From Wenzhouxiangellaceae bacterium (GTDB taxonomy: Bacteria; Pseudomonadota; Gammaproteobacteria; Xanthomonadales; Wenzhouxiangellaceae), in NCBI GenBank assembly GCA_007135395.1, contig SLIZ01000104.1, forward strand, positions 4,034-68,033: a stretch of DNA of 64,000 nucleotides, written 5' to 3'. The position numbers and the translations under genes are program-made. The notes beneath the pieces were generated by a model that was not told where the DNA came from, made no database searches, and saw nothing but the letters and a program-made list of their open reading frames with translations. Numbering within the stretch: the stretch's first letter is position 1; each line of letters starts with the position of its first letter. Below, one piece after another: positions 1 to 9,415 of this stretch.

Positions 1-3000
1 GCCGAAGGCCCGCATCCACGCATGGTCCTGGTAGAACTGCTGGCGACCGGTAAGCGTGCGCCAGGGAATGAACTCGTTGATGTTGGTCCAGCCGGCGTTG
101 TAGCAGACCTTTTCTGACTCGATTCCCGACCAGATGGGCGAGGAATAGATCTTGCGTGGCTGGGCGACCAGATCGTTGAAACGGATCTTTTCACTGGCAT
201 GACCGGCCACCAGGTGGGTATGGTTGCGCCCGGTGTTCTTGCCAAGCGACTGCCAGGATTTCATCGCCACCCGGCCGTTGGTCTCCGGGGCCAGCATGAG
301 AATGGTCTCGCAGGCCTGACGGGCAGACTCGATGATGGGCCGGCCACCCTTGACGCCTTCCCCCCGGTGCCGGCCATTGAGATCTCCCAGGGCAGCGACT
401 TCTTCCCGGGTATCCCATTGCATGCCCTTGCCCAGGTTGCCCAGCTCTTCCATCAGCCCGCCAAGGGAAGTGAACTTGTCGTAGGTGGACGGATAGTCCC
501 GTTCGACGGTCACGATGTTGGGCATGGTCTTGCCCGGCACCGCTTCGCACTCACCCTTCTTCCAGTCGGCCACATCCAGTGCCTGGGCCAGTTCGCCGGC
601 AGTGTCGTGAAGCAGGGGCACGGTGACCACGTCGGTCTCGGTTCCCAGGTGGCCGGTTACCAGTTCGGAGAACTTGCGGGCGATGCCCTTGTAGATGTCC
701 CAGTCCGACCGGGACTCCCAGGCCGGGTCCACCGCTGCGGTCAGCGGATGGATGAACGGGTGCATGTCCGAGGTGTTCATGTCGTCCTTTTCATACCAGG
801 TGGCAGTGGGCAGAACGATGTCGGAGTACATGCAGGTCGTCGACATGCGGAAATCCAGGGTGACCAGAAGATCCAGCTTGCCCCGGGCAGCCTCGCGCCA
901 CTTGACCTCCCTGGGGTGCCGGTCCCGTTCGTCGCCCAGGTCCTTGCCCTGGATGCCGTTCTCGGTTCCCAGCAGGTAGCGCAGGAAGTACTCGTGGCCC
1001 TTGCCCGATGAGCCAAGCAGGTTGGACCGCCACACGAACAGGTTGCGCGGGAAGTTGACCGGGTTGTCCGGGTCCTCGCAGGCAAATCCCAGTTCGCCGG
1101 ACTTGAGCTGATCGACCACGTAGTCCTTCGGATCCTTGCCCGCCGCTTTTGCCTCCCGGCCGATGGTCAGGGGGTTTGCCGCCAGCTGGGGTGCCGAGGG
1201 AAGCCAGCCCATGCGTTCGGCACGGACGTTGTAGTCGATCATGGCCGCGTCCCAGTCCTTCGGGTTGGCCAGGGGGGAAAGAATCTCCGAGACCTCGAGT
1301 TTCTCGTAGCGCCACTGGCTGGTGTGGTTGTAGAAAAACGAGGTGGAATTCATCTGCCGTGGCGGACGGTGCCAGTCCAGGGCAAAGGCCAGCGGAGTCC
1401 AGCCGGACTGGGGCCGGAGCTTTTCCTGACCCACGTAATGGGCCCAGCCGCCACCGGAGACCCCGATGCAGCCGCACATCATCAGCATCTTGATGACGCC
1501 GCGGTAGTTCATGTCCATGTGGTACCAGTGGTTCATGGCCGCGCCGATGACGATCATGGACTTGCCCTGGGTCTTGTGGGCGTTTTCGGCAAACTGCCGG
1601 GCCACGGTGATGACCTTCTCACGGGGCACCCCGGTGATGCGCTCCTGCCAGGCCGGGGTATAGGGCACATCATCGTCGTAACTGGATGCCACGTTGTCGC
1701 CACCAAGGCCCCGGTCGATGCCGTAGTTGGCAACCATCAGGTCAAACACCGTGGCCACCTTCACCGTTGTTCCATCGGCCAGTTTCATGTGGCGGATGGG
1801 TACATTGCGGCGCTGGATCGGATCGTGCTCGGTCTGTGCCCAGTGGTCGTTGCCGCCACCGCCGAAGTAGGGGAAGGACACGGGAAGTATCTCGTCGCTG
1901 GACTCGACCTGGCTCAGTCCGAGGCGCACATCGTGGCCGTCGGCATCCTTGTCTTCCAGGTTCCAGCGCTTGTCGATCTCGCCCCAGCGAAAGCCGATGG
2001 ACCCCCTGGGTACCACGAGCCGGTCCCGGTCGGCGTCGAAGGCCAGGGTCTTCCATTCCGGGTTGTTCTTCTGGCCCAGGTTGTTGTCGATGTCCGAGGC
2101 CCGCAGGTAGCGCCCGGGAACCAGCTGGCCGTCGTCACGTTCTTCCAGGAGTACCAGCTTGGGCAGGTCGGTATAGCGGCGGACATAGTCATCGAAGTAT
2201 TCGCTCTTGCCTTCGACATGCCACTCCTTGAGGATCACGTGGCCGAACGCCATGGCCAGGGCCGAATCGGTGCCCTGTTTCGGGTTGAGCCAGATATCAC
2301 CGAACTTGGAGGCTTCCGAATAGTCCGGGGTCACGGTTACCGTCTTGGTGCCCCGGTACCGGGCTTCGGTCATGAAGTGTGCGTCCGGGGTGCGGGTCTG
2401 GGGAACGTTGGAGCCCCACATCATCAGGAAGGTGGAGTTGAACCAGTCAGCTGATTCGGGCACGTCGGTTTGCTCACCCCAGGTCTGGGGCGAGGCCGGC
2501 GGCAGGTCGCAGTACCAATCGTAGAAGCTCATGCAGGTCCCGCCGATCAGCGACAGGTAGCGGGTTCCCGCAGCATAGGAAACCATGGACATGGCCGGGA
2601 TGGGTGAGAAGCCGATAATCCGGTCTGGTCCCCATTGCTTGGCGGTGTGCACATTGGCCGCGGCGATGATCTCGTTGACTTCCTCCCAGTTGGCCCGGAC
2701 AAAGCCGCCCAGCCCCCGGCGAGCCTTGTAGCTGGTCGCCTTTTCCGAATCATCCTGGATGGCCTTCCAGGCCTCGACCGGATCATCGTGCTCGCTGCGC
2801 GCCTGGCGCCACAATTCGATAAGCCGACGCCGGACCATCGGATATTTCACCCGGTTGGCGCTGTAGATATACCAGGAAAAGCTGGCACCCCGGGCGCAGC
2901 CCCGGGGTTCGTGATTGGGCAGGCCCGGACGGGTTCGGGGATAGTCGGTCTGCTGGGTCTCCCAGGTGACCAGGCCATTCTTGACGTAAATCTTCCAGGA

Positions 3001-3174
3001 GCACGAACCGGTGCAGTTGACCCCGTGGGTAGACCGGACCACCTTGTCGTGCTGCCAGCGCTGGCGATAGGAATCCTCCCAGCGGCGGGACTGATCCGTG
3101 GTCACCCCGTGATTGTCGGAAAACTGGTCCTTTTCCCGTCGGAAATAGGCCAATTGATTGAGAAAGTAACTCAT
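1..3174 (-). CDS. narG: Respiratory nitrate reductase alpha subunit NarG; N-terminal ~1058 aa, C-terminus lies beyond the left edge
   Basis: Absent from the ORF track because it runs off the window. My translation of the minus strand from ATG (complement 3172-3174) gives MSYFLNQLAYFRREKDQFSDNHGVTTDQSRRWEDSYRQRWQHDKVVRSTHGVNCTGSCSWKIYVKNGLVTWETQQTDYP. This is nearly identical to the E. coli NarG N-terminus (HGVNCTGSCSWKIYVKNGLVTWETQQTDYP). Later blocks remain colinear: DWYCDLPPASPQTWGEQTDVPESADW, ATWYEKDDMNTSDMHPFIHP, and at position 1 PWRTLTGRQQFYQDHAWMRAFG. Confidence 0.97.
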   Translation of the reverse strand, partial: MSYFLNQLAYFRREKDQFSDNHGVTTDQSRRWEDSYRQRWQHDKVVRSTHGVNCTGSCSWKIYVKNGLVTWETQQTDYPRTRPGLPNHEPRGCARGASFSWYIYSANRVKYPMVRRRLIELWRQARSEHDDPVEAWKAIQDDSEKATSYKARRGLGGFVRANWEEVNEIIAAANVHTAKQWGPDRIIGFSPIPAMSMVSYAAGTRYLSLIGGTCMSFYDWYCDLPPASPQTWGEQTDVPESADWFNSTFLMMWGSNVPQTRTPDAHFMTEARYRGTKTVTVTPDYSEASKFGDIWLNPKQGTDSALAMAFGHVILKEWHVEGKSEYFDDYVRRYTDLPKLVLLEERDDGQLVPGRYLRASDIDNNLGQKNNPEWKTLAFDADRDRLVVPRGSIGFRWGEIDKRWNLEDKDADGHDVRLGLSQVESSDEILPVSFPYFGGGGNDHWAQTEHDPIQRRNVPIRHMKLADGTTVKVATVFDLMVANYGIDRGLGGDNVASSYDDDVPYTPAWQERITGVPREKVITVARQFAENAHKTQGKSMIVIGAAMNHWYHMDMNYRGVIKMLMMCGCIGVSGGGWAHYVGQEKLRPQSGWTPLAFALDWHRPPRQMNSTSFFYNHTSQWRYEKLEVSEILSPLANPKDWDAAMIDYNVRAERMGWLPSAPQLAANPLTIGREAKAAGKDPKDYVVDQLKSGELGFACEDPDNPVNFPRNLFVWRSNLLGSSGKGHEYFLRYLLGTENGIQGKDLGDERDRHPREVKWREAARGKLDLLVTLDFRMSTTCMYSDIVLPTATWYEKDDMNTSDMHPFIHPLTAAVDPAWESRSDWDIYKGIARKFSELVTGHLGTETDVVTVPLLHDTAGELAQALDVADWKKGECEAVPGKTMPNIVTVERDYPSTYDKFTSLGGLMEELGNLGKGMQWDTREEVAALGDLNGRHRGEGVKGGRPIIESARQACETILMLAPETNGRVAMKSWQSLGKNTGRNHTHLVAGHASEKIRFNDLVAQPRKIYSSPIWSGIESEKVCYNAGWTNINEFIPWRTLTGRQQFYQDHAWMRAFG

Positions 3175-3265
3175 GTTTCAGCTCCTGTCGGGTCTGTGCC
3201 CGGACTCACCTTGTTCATACCTTGAAAGGGGCGGTTGTTGAATTTCTTGTGTTCCATGAATCGAT

Positions 3266-4861
3266 TCAGGGATTCCGGATTTCGGCGTTGCGGCGCAGGT
3301 AGAACCACCAGTTGACCACCAGGCACAACGCGTAGAAGGCGGCAAAGCCGTACATGGCATATTGCGGATTGCCCGCCTCGATCTGTTCACCCATCACCCG
3401 GGGTGCGATAAACGCTCCGTAGGCAGCGATGGCCGAAGTCCAGCCCAGTACCGGCCCCTTGGTCGAGGCATCGAAGATCACGCCGATGGACCGGAAGGTG
3501 GAACCATTGCCGATCCCACTGGCTGCAAAAAGCACGATGAAAAGCCCCAGGAACGGCCAGAACCAGGCATTGGGGTCTTCGCTGTAGTAGGCCTGCATCA
3601 TGACCCAGCCTGCAGCAATCGAAGCCACGACCATGACCGCCGAGATGACCTGGGTGACGATCGATCCGCCTACCTTGTCGGAGACCCATCCGCCAACCGG
3701 CCGAATGGCCGCACCGACCAGGGGGCCGATCCAGGCATAGGTCATGGCGCTGGGTGCCTGGGGGTTGGCAATGCGTTCCCCGTCTTCCATCATCCTTCCG
3801 AAGATCACTTCGATGGAAAGGGGAAGGGCTGCAGAAAAGCCGATGAAGGAACCAAAGGTGGCAATGTAGAGCACCGTCATCGACCAGGTATGGCGGTTGG
3901 AAAAGATCCGGTACTGGTTCTTGACCATTCCACCGATCTTCCCGGGAAGCATGTACATCGCACCAAGGGTCAGGCCGATGATCAGCAGCAGGGCCACCCA
4001 CACGTTCAGAAGGTCAAGGCCGACCGGGCGGGGGAGAAACAGGTAAAGCCCGATTGCCGCGGTAACAAATGCGAGGTTGTAAAGGCCGATGACCTTGGCC
4101 ATGGCCACCAGCGGGTGGCCCGGTTCCGGGGTTACGGTTCGAAGATTGTTCATGCCGAACCAGGCCGCAGCGGTCAGCACGACGAGCACCAGCACGCCGA
4201 ACAGAGCCGGGTTGTGCAACCAGGTATCTGTACCCTCGGGAATTCGGCCCATCATTGTGCCGCTGGCTCGCTCGAGCACCATGGAATCTCCGGACAGTGC
4301 GCCGAAGACGGCAGCAGTCATGACCAGCGGGATGAGTATCTGCATGCCGGTCACCCCCAGGTTGCCCAGGCCGGCATTCAGCCCGAGCGCAAGCCCCTGC
4401 TGGCGTTTCGGAAAGAAGCTGGAGATATTGGACATCGAGCAGGCAAAGTTGCCGCCACCCACTCCGGATAGAAGCGCCAGAAGCTGGAAGATCCAGAGGG
4501 GCGTGTCCTTGCTTTGCAGGGCGAAATAGGCACCGATGCACGGCACGATCATCAGTGCCGTGGTGCAGGCAATGGTATTGCGTCCGCCGGCGATCCGGAT
4601 CATGAACGATGCGGGAATCCGGAGGGTGGCACCGGCCAGTCCGGCAATGGCAACCAGGGTGAACAGCTCCGTTTCAGTGAAGGGAAAACCCAGGTTGCTC
4701 ATCTGGACCGTGATCATCCCCCACATCTGCCAGAAGCCGAAGGCTACCAGCAGGCAGGGGATGGAGATCCACAGGTTCCGGTTGGCAATCGATCGGCCCG
4801 TCTTGTCCCAGAAGGACGGGTCTTCGGGTTTCCATTCGTGCAGGTCGCGGTTCAGTGCCAC
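3266..4861 (-). CDS. narK: NarK-family MFS nitrate/nitrite transporter (NarK2-like)
   Basis: 531-aa ORF with a GTG start 6 nt after AAGGAG. It has a multi-TM MFS-like sequence and lies directly upstream of narG, as in narK1K2GHJI-type loci. Confidence 0.9.
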   Translation of the reverse strand: MALNRDLHEWKPEDPSFWDKTGRSIANRNLWISIPCLLVAFGFWQMWGMITVQMSNLGFPFTETELFTLVAIAGLAGATLRIPASFMIRIAGGRNTIACTTALMIVPCIGAYFALQSKDTPLWIFQLLALLSGVGGGNFACSMSNISSFFPKRQQGLALGLNAGLGNLGVTGMQILIPLVMTAAVFGALSGDSMVLERASGTMMGRIPEGTDTWLHNPALFGVLVLVVLTAAAWFGMNNLRTVTPEPGHPLVAMAKVIGLYNLAFVTAAIGLYLFLPRPVGLDLLNVWVALLLIIGLTLGAMYMLPGKIGGMVKNQYRIFSNRHTWSMTVLYIATFGSFIGFSAALPLSIEVIFGRMMEDGERIANPQAPSAMTYAWIGPLVGAAIRPVGGWVSDKVGGSIVTQVISAVMVVASIAAGWVMMQAYYSEDPNAWFWPFLGLFIVLFAASGIGNGSTFRSIGVIFDASTKGPVLGWTSAIAAYGAFIAPRVMGEQIEAGNPQYAMYGFAAFYALCLVVNWWFYLRRNAEIRNP

Positions 4862-4924
4862 TGCAGGCTCCTTGCTGTTCGATTTCCGGTGGAAGGCATC
4901 ATGGGTTTCTCATCCTGGCCAGGA

Positions 4925-6226
4925 TCACGAGCCTTGCCGGTCCGTGGGCTCGGAAACCATTTCCTGCCCCGGCGGTACGGCCTCGGGCAGATCGCGCAGC
5001 CGCTTGAGTCCCGGGTACTTCTTCCGTTCCATTCGCAGGATGGCGAAATGCATCCAGAGCATGCTGATTGCGACCATGACAAACAGGAACATGAACGGGG
5101 TGGTCCAGATGCCGGTCCAGTCGTTCAGGGCGCCGAAGGCAATCGGCAGAAAAAAGCCTCCAAGCCCGCCGATCATGCCCACCATGCCGCCAACCGACCC
5201 GACGTTATTGGGGTAGTAGACCGGGATGTGTTTGTAGACGGCCGCCTTGCCCAGGGACATGACAAAGCCCAGGACAAAGGCAATGACCGTAAACCCGATC
5301 ACGCCGATGCCGATGTGGAACTCGATGGGTTCCCGGATACCCTCGACGGTGTAAGTAGTTGCCGGGTAGGACAGGATGAACAGGCAGACCAGGGACACTC
5401 CGAAGGTCCAGTACATGACCGCGCGGGCCCCGATCCGGTCCGACATCCAGCCGCCCAGAGCCCGGAACACGCTGGCCGACAGGGAATAGCTGGCCGCCAG
5501 TGTTCCGGCCGCGGCAATGGACATGCCGTACATGCCCGTGTAGTACCGCGGCAGCCAGGAAGCCAGGGCAACAAAGGCCCCGAACACGAAGAAGTAATAC
5601 AGGCCGAAGCGCCAGACCTGCAGGTGGCGAAGCGGCTCGATCTGTTCTCTCAGGGTGGCGCCGGTAGCCTCCCCCCGGCGCCGGGCCTGGATGGCCGGGT
5701 CGTCTTCGGTCAACAGGAAAAAGGCGACGGCGGCGATTCCCATGATGGTCGCGTAGACCACCGCGGTCCCCTGCCAGCCGACGGCCACCATGATGAGCGG
5801 GGCGCCGAAGTTGGTCAGGCCGGCCCCGGCGTTGCCCATGCCGAAAATACCCAGGGCAGTGCCCTGCTTCTTCTTGGGAAACCAGTAGGAAGTGAAGGTG
5901 ATGCCGGTAATGAAGGTACCCCCGGCCAGGCCGATGCCCAGGGCGGCGACCAGGATCAGCGGGAAGGTCTCGGCGTAGGTCAGCAGCCAGATCGATATGG
6001 CACTGGCCAGCATCATCAATGTCGTGAGGATGCGGCCACCATACTTCTCGCAGGCGATTCCCAGAAAGATCCTGGAGACCGAGCCGGTAAGAATCGGGGT
6101 GGCCAGCAGCAGGCCCAGCTGGGTTTCAGACAGCCCGTGTTCTTGTTGAATCTGCAGCCCGATAATGGAAAAAATCGTCCAGGCGGCAAAGGAAATCGTG
6201 AACGCGGTGGTGCTCATGGTGAGCAT
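4925..6226 (-). CDS. narK: NarK-family MFS nitrate transporter (NarK1-like)
   Basis: The hydrophobic MFS sequence begins MLTMSTTAFTISFAAW. The track ORF starts at TTG 6346, but that extension contains an FNR-type box and non-membrane sequence. ATG 6226 (or 6217 or 6274) is the likelier start. The stop is firm; the start is uncertain. Confidence 0.85.
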   Translation of the reverse strand: MLTMSTTAFTISFAAWTIFSIIGLQIQQEHGLSETQLGLLLATPILTGSVSRIFLGIACEKYGGRILTTLMMLASAISIWLLTYAETFPLILVAALGIGLAGGTFITGITFTSYWFPKKKQGTALGIFGMGNAGAGLTNFGAPLIMVAVGWQGTAVVYATIMGIAAVAFFLLTEDDPAIQARRRGEATGATLREQIEPLRHLQVWRFGLYYFFVFGAFVALASWLPRYYTGMYGMSIAAAGTLAASYSLSASVFRALGGWMSDRIGARAVMYWTFGVSLVCLFILSYPATTYTVEGIREPIEFHIGIGVIGFTVIAFVLGFVMSLGKAAVYKHIPVYYPNNVGSVGGMVGMIGGLGGFFLPIAFGALNDWTGIWTTPFMFLFVMVAISMLWMHFAILRMERKKYPGLKRLRDLPEAVPPGQEMVSEPTDRQGS

Positions 6227-6332
6227 CCGGTTCGCCTGGTGTGGTGTTTCGGGGGGCAGGGCGGATGCTGCCATGATTGCTGGTCCGTGCTGAAAGGTCG
6301 GACCATTTTCGACAAGGTTGCGGCAATGGTTT

Positions 6333-6346
6333 TTGACCCTGGTCAA
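6333..6346. promoter_or_regulatory. FNR/Dnr(CRP-family)-type box TTGAC-CCTG-GTCAA upstream of narK1
   Basis: Perfect 5-4-5 palindrome about 110 bp upstream of the preferred narK1 start. The geometry matches the TTGAT-N4-ATCAA consensus of anaerobic CRP/FNR regulators. Confidence 0.55.
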
Positions 6347-6405
6347 AAAGAGGCATCACCAATACCTTTTTTACGGCAAAACAAGTCCGTCGGGCATGCG
6401 GACTA

Positions 6406-6843
6406 TCAATTGATTTGCAGTTTCAGGGTCAGTTCCGGGATCTTGTCAGGTGTCAGGACATCGGCCAGGGTGACTTTGTCGAGCTCGTCGAGAAAGGCCT
6501 GAAAGGCCCGGTTCAGAGTGGCTGGAAGCAGGCAGGCGCCGGTAATGACACACTGGTTTTCCGGGCGAAAACACTCGACCAGGCCAAAGTCCGGCTCCAT
6601 GTCCCGGACGACCATACCGAGGCTGATTTTCTCTGGTGGATGATTCAACCGGATTCCGCCCCCCTTGCCCCGCCTGGAGTGGATGTAGCCGGCCGCAGCC
6701 AGTTGCTGGACGACCTTCATCAGGTGATTCCGGGAGATGTCATAGGCGCGGGAAATATCGCCAATGGTCGAAAGCCCTTCTCCCTGTACTCCCAGGTAGA
6801 CGAGAACCCGAATCGAATAATCGGTGTATTGAGTCAGACGCAC
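6406..6843 (-). CDS. nsrR: Rrf2-family NO-sensing transcriptional repressor NsrR
   Basis: Sequence (V/M)RLTQYTDYSIRVLVYLG...ISRNHLMKVVQQLAAAGYI...GKGGGIRL, with three clustered Cys (VECFRPENQCVITGAC) typical of the Fe-S cluster ligands. The internal GTG 6843 gives the canonical MRLT start; the track ORF begins at GTG 6873. Confidence 0.85.
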   Translation of the reverse strand: MRLTQYTDYSIRVLVYLGVQGEGLSTIGDISRAYDISRNHLMKVVQQLAAAGYIHSRRGKGGGIRLNHPPEKISLGMVVRDMEPDFGLVECFRPENQCVITGACLLPATLNRAFQAFLDELDKVTLADVLTPDKIPELTLKLQIN

Positions 6844-6971
6844 TTTCTGCTGAATCTCCAGTTCACGAAACACCCGATCGCACGGTCAGTCGTCGGTTCG
6901 CGGAACCCGCTGAGCCGCGACTCCCGGCCGGGTAAATACCCGGAATGCTGTCAAGGATACAACAGGATGAA

Positions 6972-6985
6972 TTGACATAAGTCAA
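6972..6985. promoter_or_regulatory. FNR/Dnr-type box TTGAC-ATAA-GTCAA (extended palindrome GAATTGAC ATAA GTCAATTC) upstream of nsrR
   Basis: Perfect inverted repeat with 8-bp arms between the nnrS stop (7014) and the nsrR start. It has the same TTGAC/GTCAA variant as the narK1 box. Confidence 0.5.
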
Positions 6986-7013
6986 TTCCATGGACAGGCG
7001 CCGGGTAGCTTTC

Positions 7014-8234
7014 CTAGTCCGGACGCCCATCGGCCCTGGGTGAAACCAGGATTCGGAAGTAGCCGATCAGAAACAGGACGAACGCCACGATCCATGCTGC
7101 CCCGGAGCCGGCAAGTCCGATGCGGAAATCGACCCACTCGAAGGCCGCGGCAACCCGAAGGATGGCTGCCAGGCTGATCAGCACATAGGCGGCCACCGCC
7201 GTGGGCAGGGCCTGCAGGGTCCGGCCCGTATGGCCCATGGCCACCCTGGTCATCACACCCAGGATGAGGGTTCCCATGGCTCCGGCCCCCAGGCTGTGGA
7301 CCCAGGCGGATTCGGGAACCGCCGGAATCCAGTAGGCCGCCCCGAGGAGGATCAGCCCAATGGCAATCCAGGAGTGGGCCAGGTGGAGAATCCAGACCAG
7401 GGGATCAGCCAGGCAGGCCCAGCCAGCCCAGCCGGCCAGTCTTGCAGCACAGGAGAATCCGGCTACAAGGGCGACGGCGGGTCCCAGCCATGGCAGGGGC
7501 TCGATCCAGGTTGCGGGAAAGACCAGTGCGGTGGATATGATCGCAGTCAAATCCAGCCAGCGGCGATTGACCACAAGGTCCCGGTTCTTTCCCTGCCGGG
7601 CAAGCCAGTTGGCGGTAAAGGCCGGGGTAATCCGGCCGCCAATGATGACCATCAAGAGCAGGATCAGGCCCATGCCCAGGTCCTGCCCGATGCGCCCCAG
7701 GCCGGCATGGAAGCCCCATAGTCCCGCGTGGTGGAACAGGTTGGCAGCTGCCAGGACGGCGATGACCCCGACCAGGACCAGGTTGCGCCGGCTGCCAGCG
7801 CCGATGATCACCCGGCCGGCAATGACCCCGACAGTAACCAGGAAGGCCACGTCGAGAAGGGCGATCAGGATCGGCGGAACGAACCCGCTTGACCACATGG
7901 CGACCCTCCCGGCCAGCCACAGAACTGCCAGTCCGGCCAGGCCGGCCCCGGTCAGGGGGCGGGCACCGGTCCAGTTGCACATGGCGGTGAGCAAAAAGCC
8001 GGCAATGGCCGCCGAGACCCAGCCAAAAAGCATTTCGTGGGCGTGCCATTGAAGCGGGGAAGCCCCCTCGACAACTGGCCAGCCGTGAAAGAGGTAACCA
8101 ATCCAGCCAAACATGGCCACGATGGCGTAGGCCCCGACCAGGGGGAAGAAGGGACGGAAGGGGTAGGCGAGAACCGCTGGAGTCGTCCCGGCGATGGTCG
8201 ATTGTGGTGTCTTCATGGCCCGCGATAATAACAT
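7014..8234 (-). CDS. nnrS: NnrS-family heme-copper membrane protein (NO-stress associated)
   Basis: N-terminal YPFRPFFPLVGAYAI followed by many TM helices, and it is adjacent to nsrR. ATG occurs at both 8234 and 8216 (MKTPQ...), and neither has a strong RBS. Confidence 0.85.
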   Translation of the reverse strand: MLLSRAMKTPQSTIAGTTPAVLAYPFRPFFPLVGAYAIVAMFGWIGYLFHGWPVVEGASPLQWHAHEMLFGWVSAAIAGFLLTAMCNWTGARPLTGAGLAGLAVLWLAGRVAMWSSGFVPPILIALLDVAFLVTVGVIAGRVIIGAGSRRNLVLVGVIAVLAAANLFHHAGLWGFHAGLGRIGQDLGMGLILLLMVIIGGRITPAFTANWLARQGKNRDLVVNRRWLDLTAIISTALVFPATWIEPLPWLGPAVALVAGFSCAARLAGWAGWACLADPLVWILHLAHSWIAIGLILLGAAYWIPAVPESAWVHSLGAGAMGTLILGVMTRVAMGHTGRTLQALPTAVAAYVLISLAAILRVAAAFEWVDFRIGLAGSGAAWIVAFVLFLIGYFRILVSPRADGRPD

Positions 8235-8252
8235 GCAGACATAATGAATCTT
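8230..8252. promoter_or_regulatory. Candidate NsrR operator (11-1-11 inverted repeat)
   Basis: AACATGCAGAC A TAATGAATCTT compared with the gammaproteobacterial NsrR half-site AAGATGCATTT / AAATGCATCTT: 8/11 and 9/11 matches with correct spacing. It overlaps the nnrS start region. Confidence 0.4.
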
Positions 8253-8348
8253 TATGGGTTCTTCCGTTTTTGAGCGATTCTCTACTGAGCCTCGATACCC
8301 GAACCATTACAATGCGCCGTTCGAATTTACCTGCCCGGAGCACCCGGA

Positions 8349-9389
8349 ATGAAGCTGGCTGATTTACCTGCCGAGTTGCAACAACGCCTGCCGGCGGTCG
8401 ACGAGGCGCTGGAGCGGCGCTACCGGCCGGTCTACGAAAAGTTCAGTGATGTCATGCCCGTTGAGGAATGGCTGACCCGGTTACCGCTGGTCGCGGCCAT
8501 CAACGACCTCAAGGCCGAGCGGGATGCGGTGGTCATGGCCCACAACTACCAGACCCCGGACATCTTTCACGGCATCGCCGATGCCACGGGGGATTCCCTG
8601 GCGCTGGCCAGGATGGCCGCCGATGTGGATGCCGGGACCATTGTTCTGTGTGGCGTCCATTTCATGGCCGAAACCGCAAGACTGATGGCACCGGACAAGA
8701 AGGTAATCAGCCCGGATCCGATGGCCGGCTGCTCCCTGGCCAGCGGCATCACCGCTGCCGATGTGCGGGCCCTGAAGGCCAGGCATCCCGGTGTGCCGGT
8801 TGTCGCCTATGTAAACACCACCGCCGAGGTCAAGGCCGAGGTCGATGTCTGTTGTACCTCGGGCAATGCGCTGGACGTGGTCAATGCCCTGGGCGCGCCC
8901 CGGGTCATCATGGTCCCGGATGGCTACCTGGCCCGCTACGTGGCCGAGCGGACCAGCGTGGAGATCATCATCTGGGAGGGGCGTTGCGAAGTCCATGAAC
9001 GATTTACGGCCGAAGAAATCAACCAATTCCGGGATGAAAGCGGGACCTGGGTGATGGCTCATCCGGAGTGCTCGCCGGAAGTCATCGATGCCTCCGATTA
9101 CGTGGGTTCGACTGCTGGCATGATCCGGGAGCTCAAGACCCGGCGTCCGCCCCGGGTCATGTTGCTGACCGAATGCTCCATGGCCGACAATGTTCGCGAG
9201 GCGGTCCCGGATACGCGATTTGTCCAGCCCTGCAACCTGTGCCCCCACATGAAACGGATCACCCTGGAAAAGACTCTAATGGCCCTGTGGGCGGGCAGTC
9301 CCGAGGTCGAGGTGGCCGAGGATTTGATCGCGCCGGCACGGCGGTCGGTCCAGGCGATGTTTGAGTTGACGGCTGTCCGGGCCGCCTGA
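8349..9389 (+). CDS. nadA: Quinolinate synthase NadA
   Basis: 346 aa. Blocks VMAHNYQTPDIFHGIADATGDSL, CGVHFMAETA and YVNTTAEVKAEVDVCCTSGNA are typical of NadA. Confidence 0.93.
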   Translation: MKLADLPAELQQRLPAVDEALERRYRPVYEKFSDVMPVEEWLTRLPLVAAINDLKAERDAVVMAHNYQTPDIFHGIADATGDSLALARMAADVDAGTIVLCGVHFMAETARLMAPDKKVISPDPMAGCSLASGITAADVRALKARHPGVPVVAYVNTTAEVKAEVDVCCTSGNALDVVNALGAPRVIMVPDGYLARYVAERTSVEIIIWEGRCEVHERFTAEEINQFRDESGTWVMAHPECSPEVIDASDYVGSTAGMIRELKTRRPPRVMLLTECSMADNVREAVPDTRFVQPCNLCPHMKRITLEKTLMALWAGSPEVEVAEDLIAPARRSVQAMFELTAVRAA

Positions 9390-9415
9390 ACCGGGTGTTC
9401 CGAAGCCGGGTTCAC

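Noticed and set aside
4514-6502. 662-aa plus-strand ORF covering both narK genes
   Set aside because: It is antisense to two recognisable MFS transporters. Its Gly/Arg/Pro/His-rich composition is typical of shadow ORFs in GC-rich DNA.
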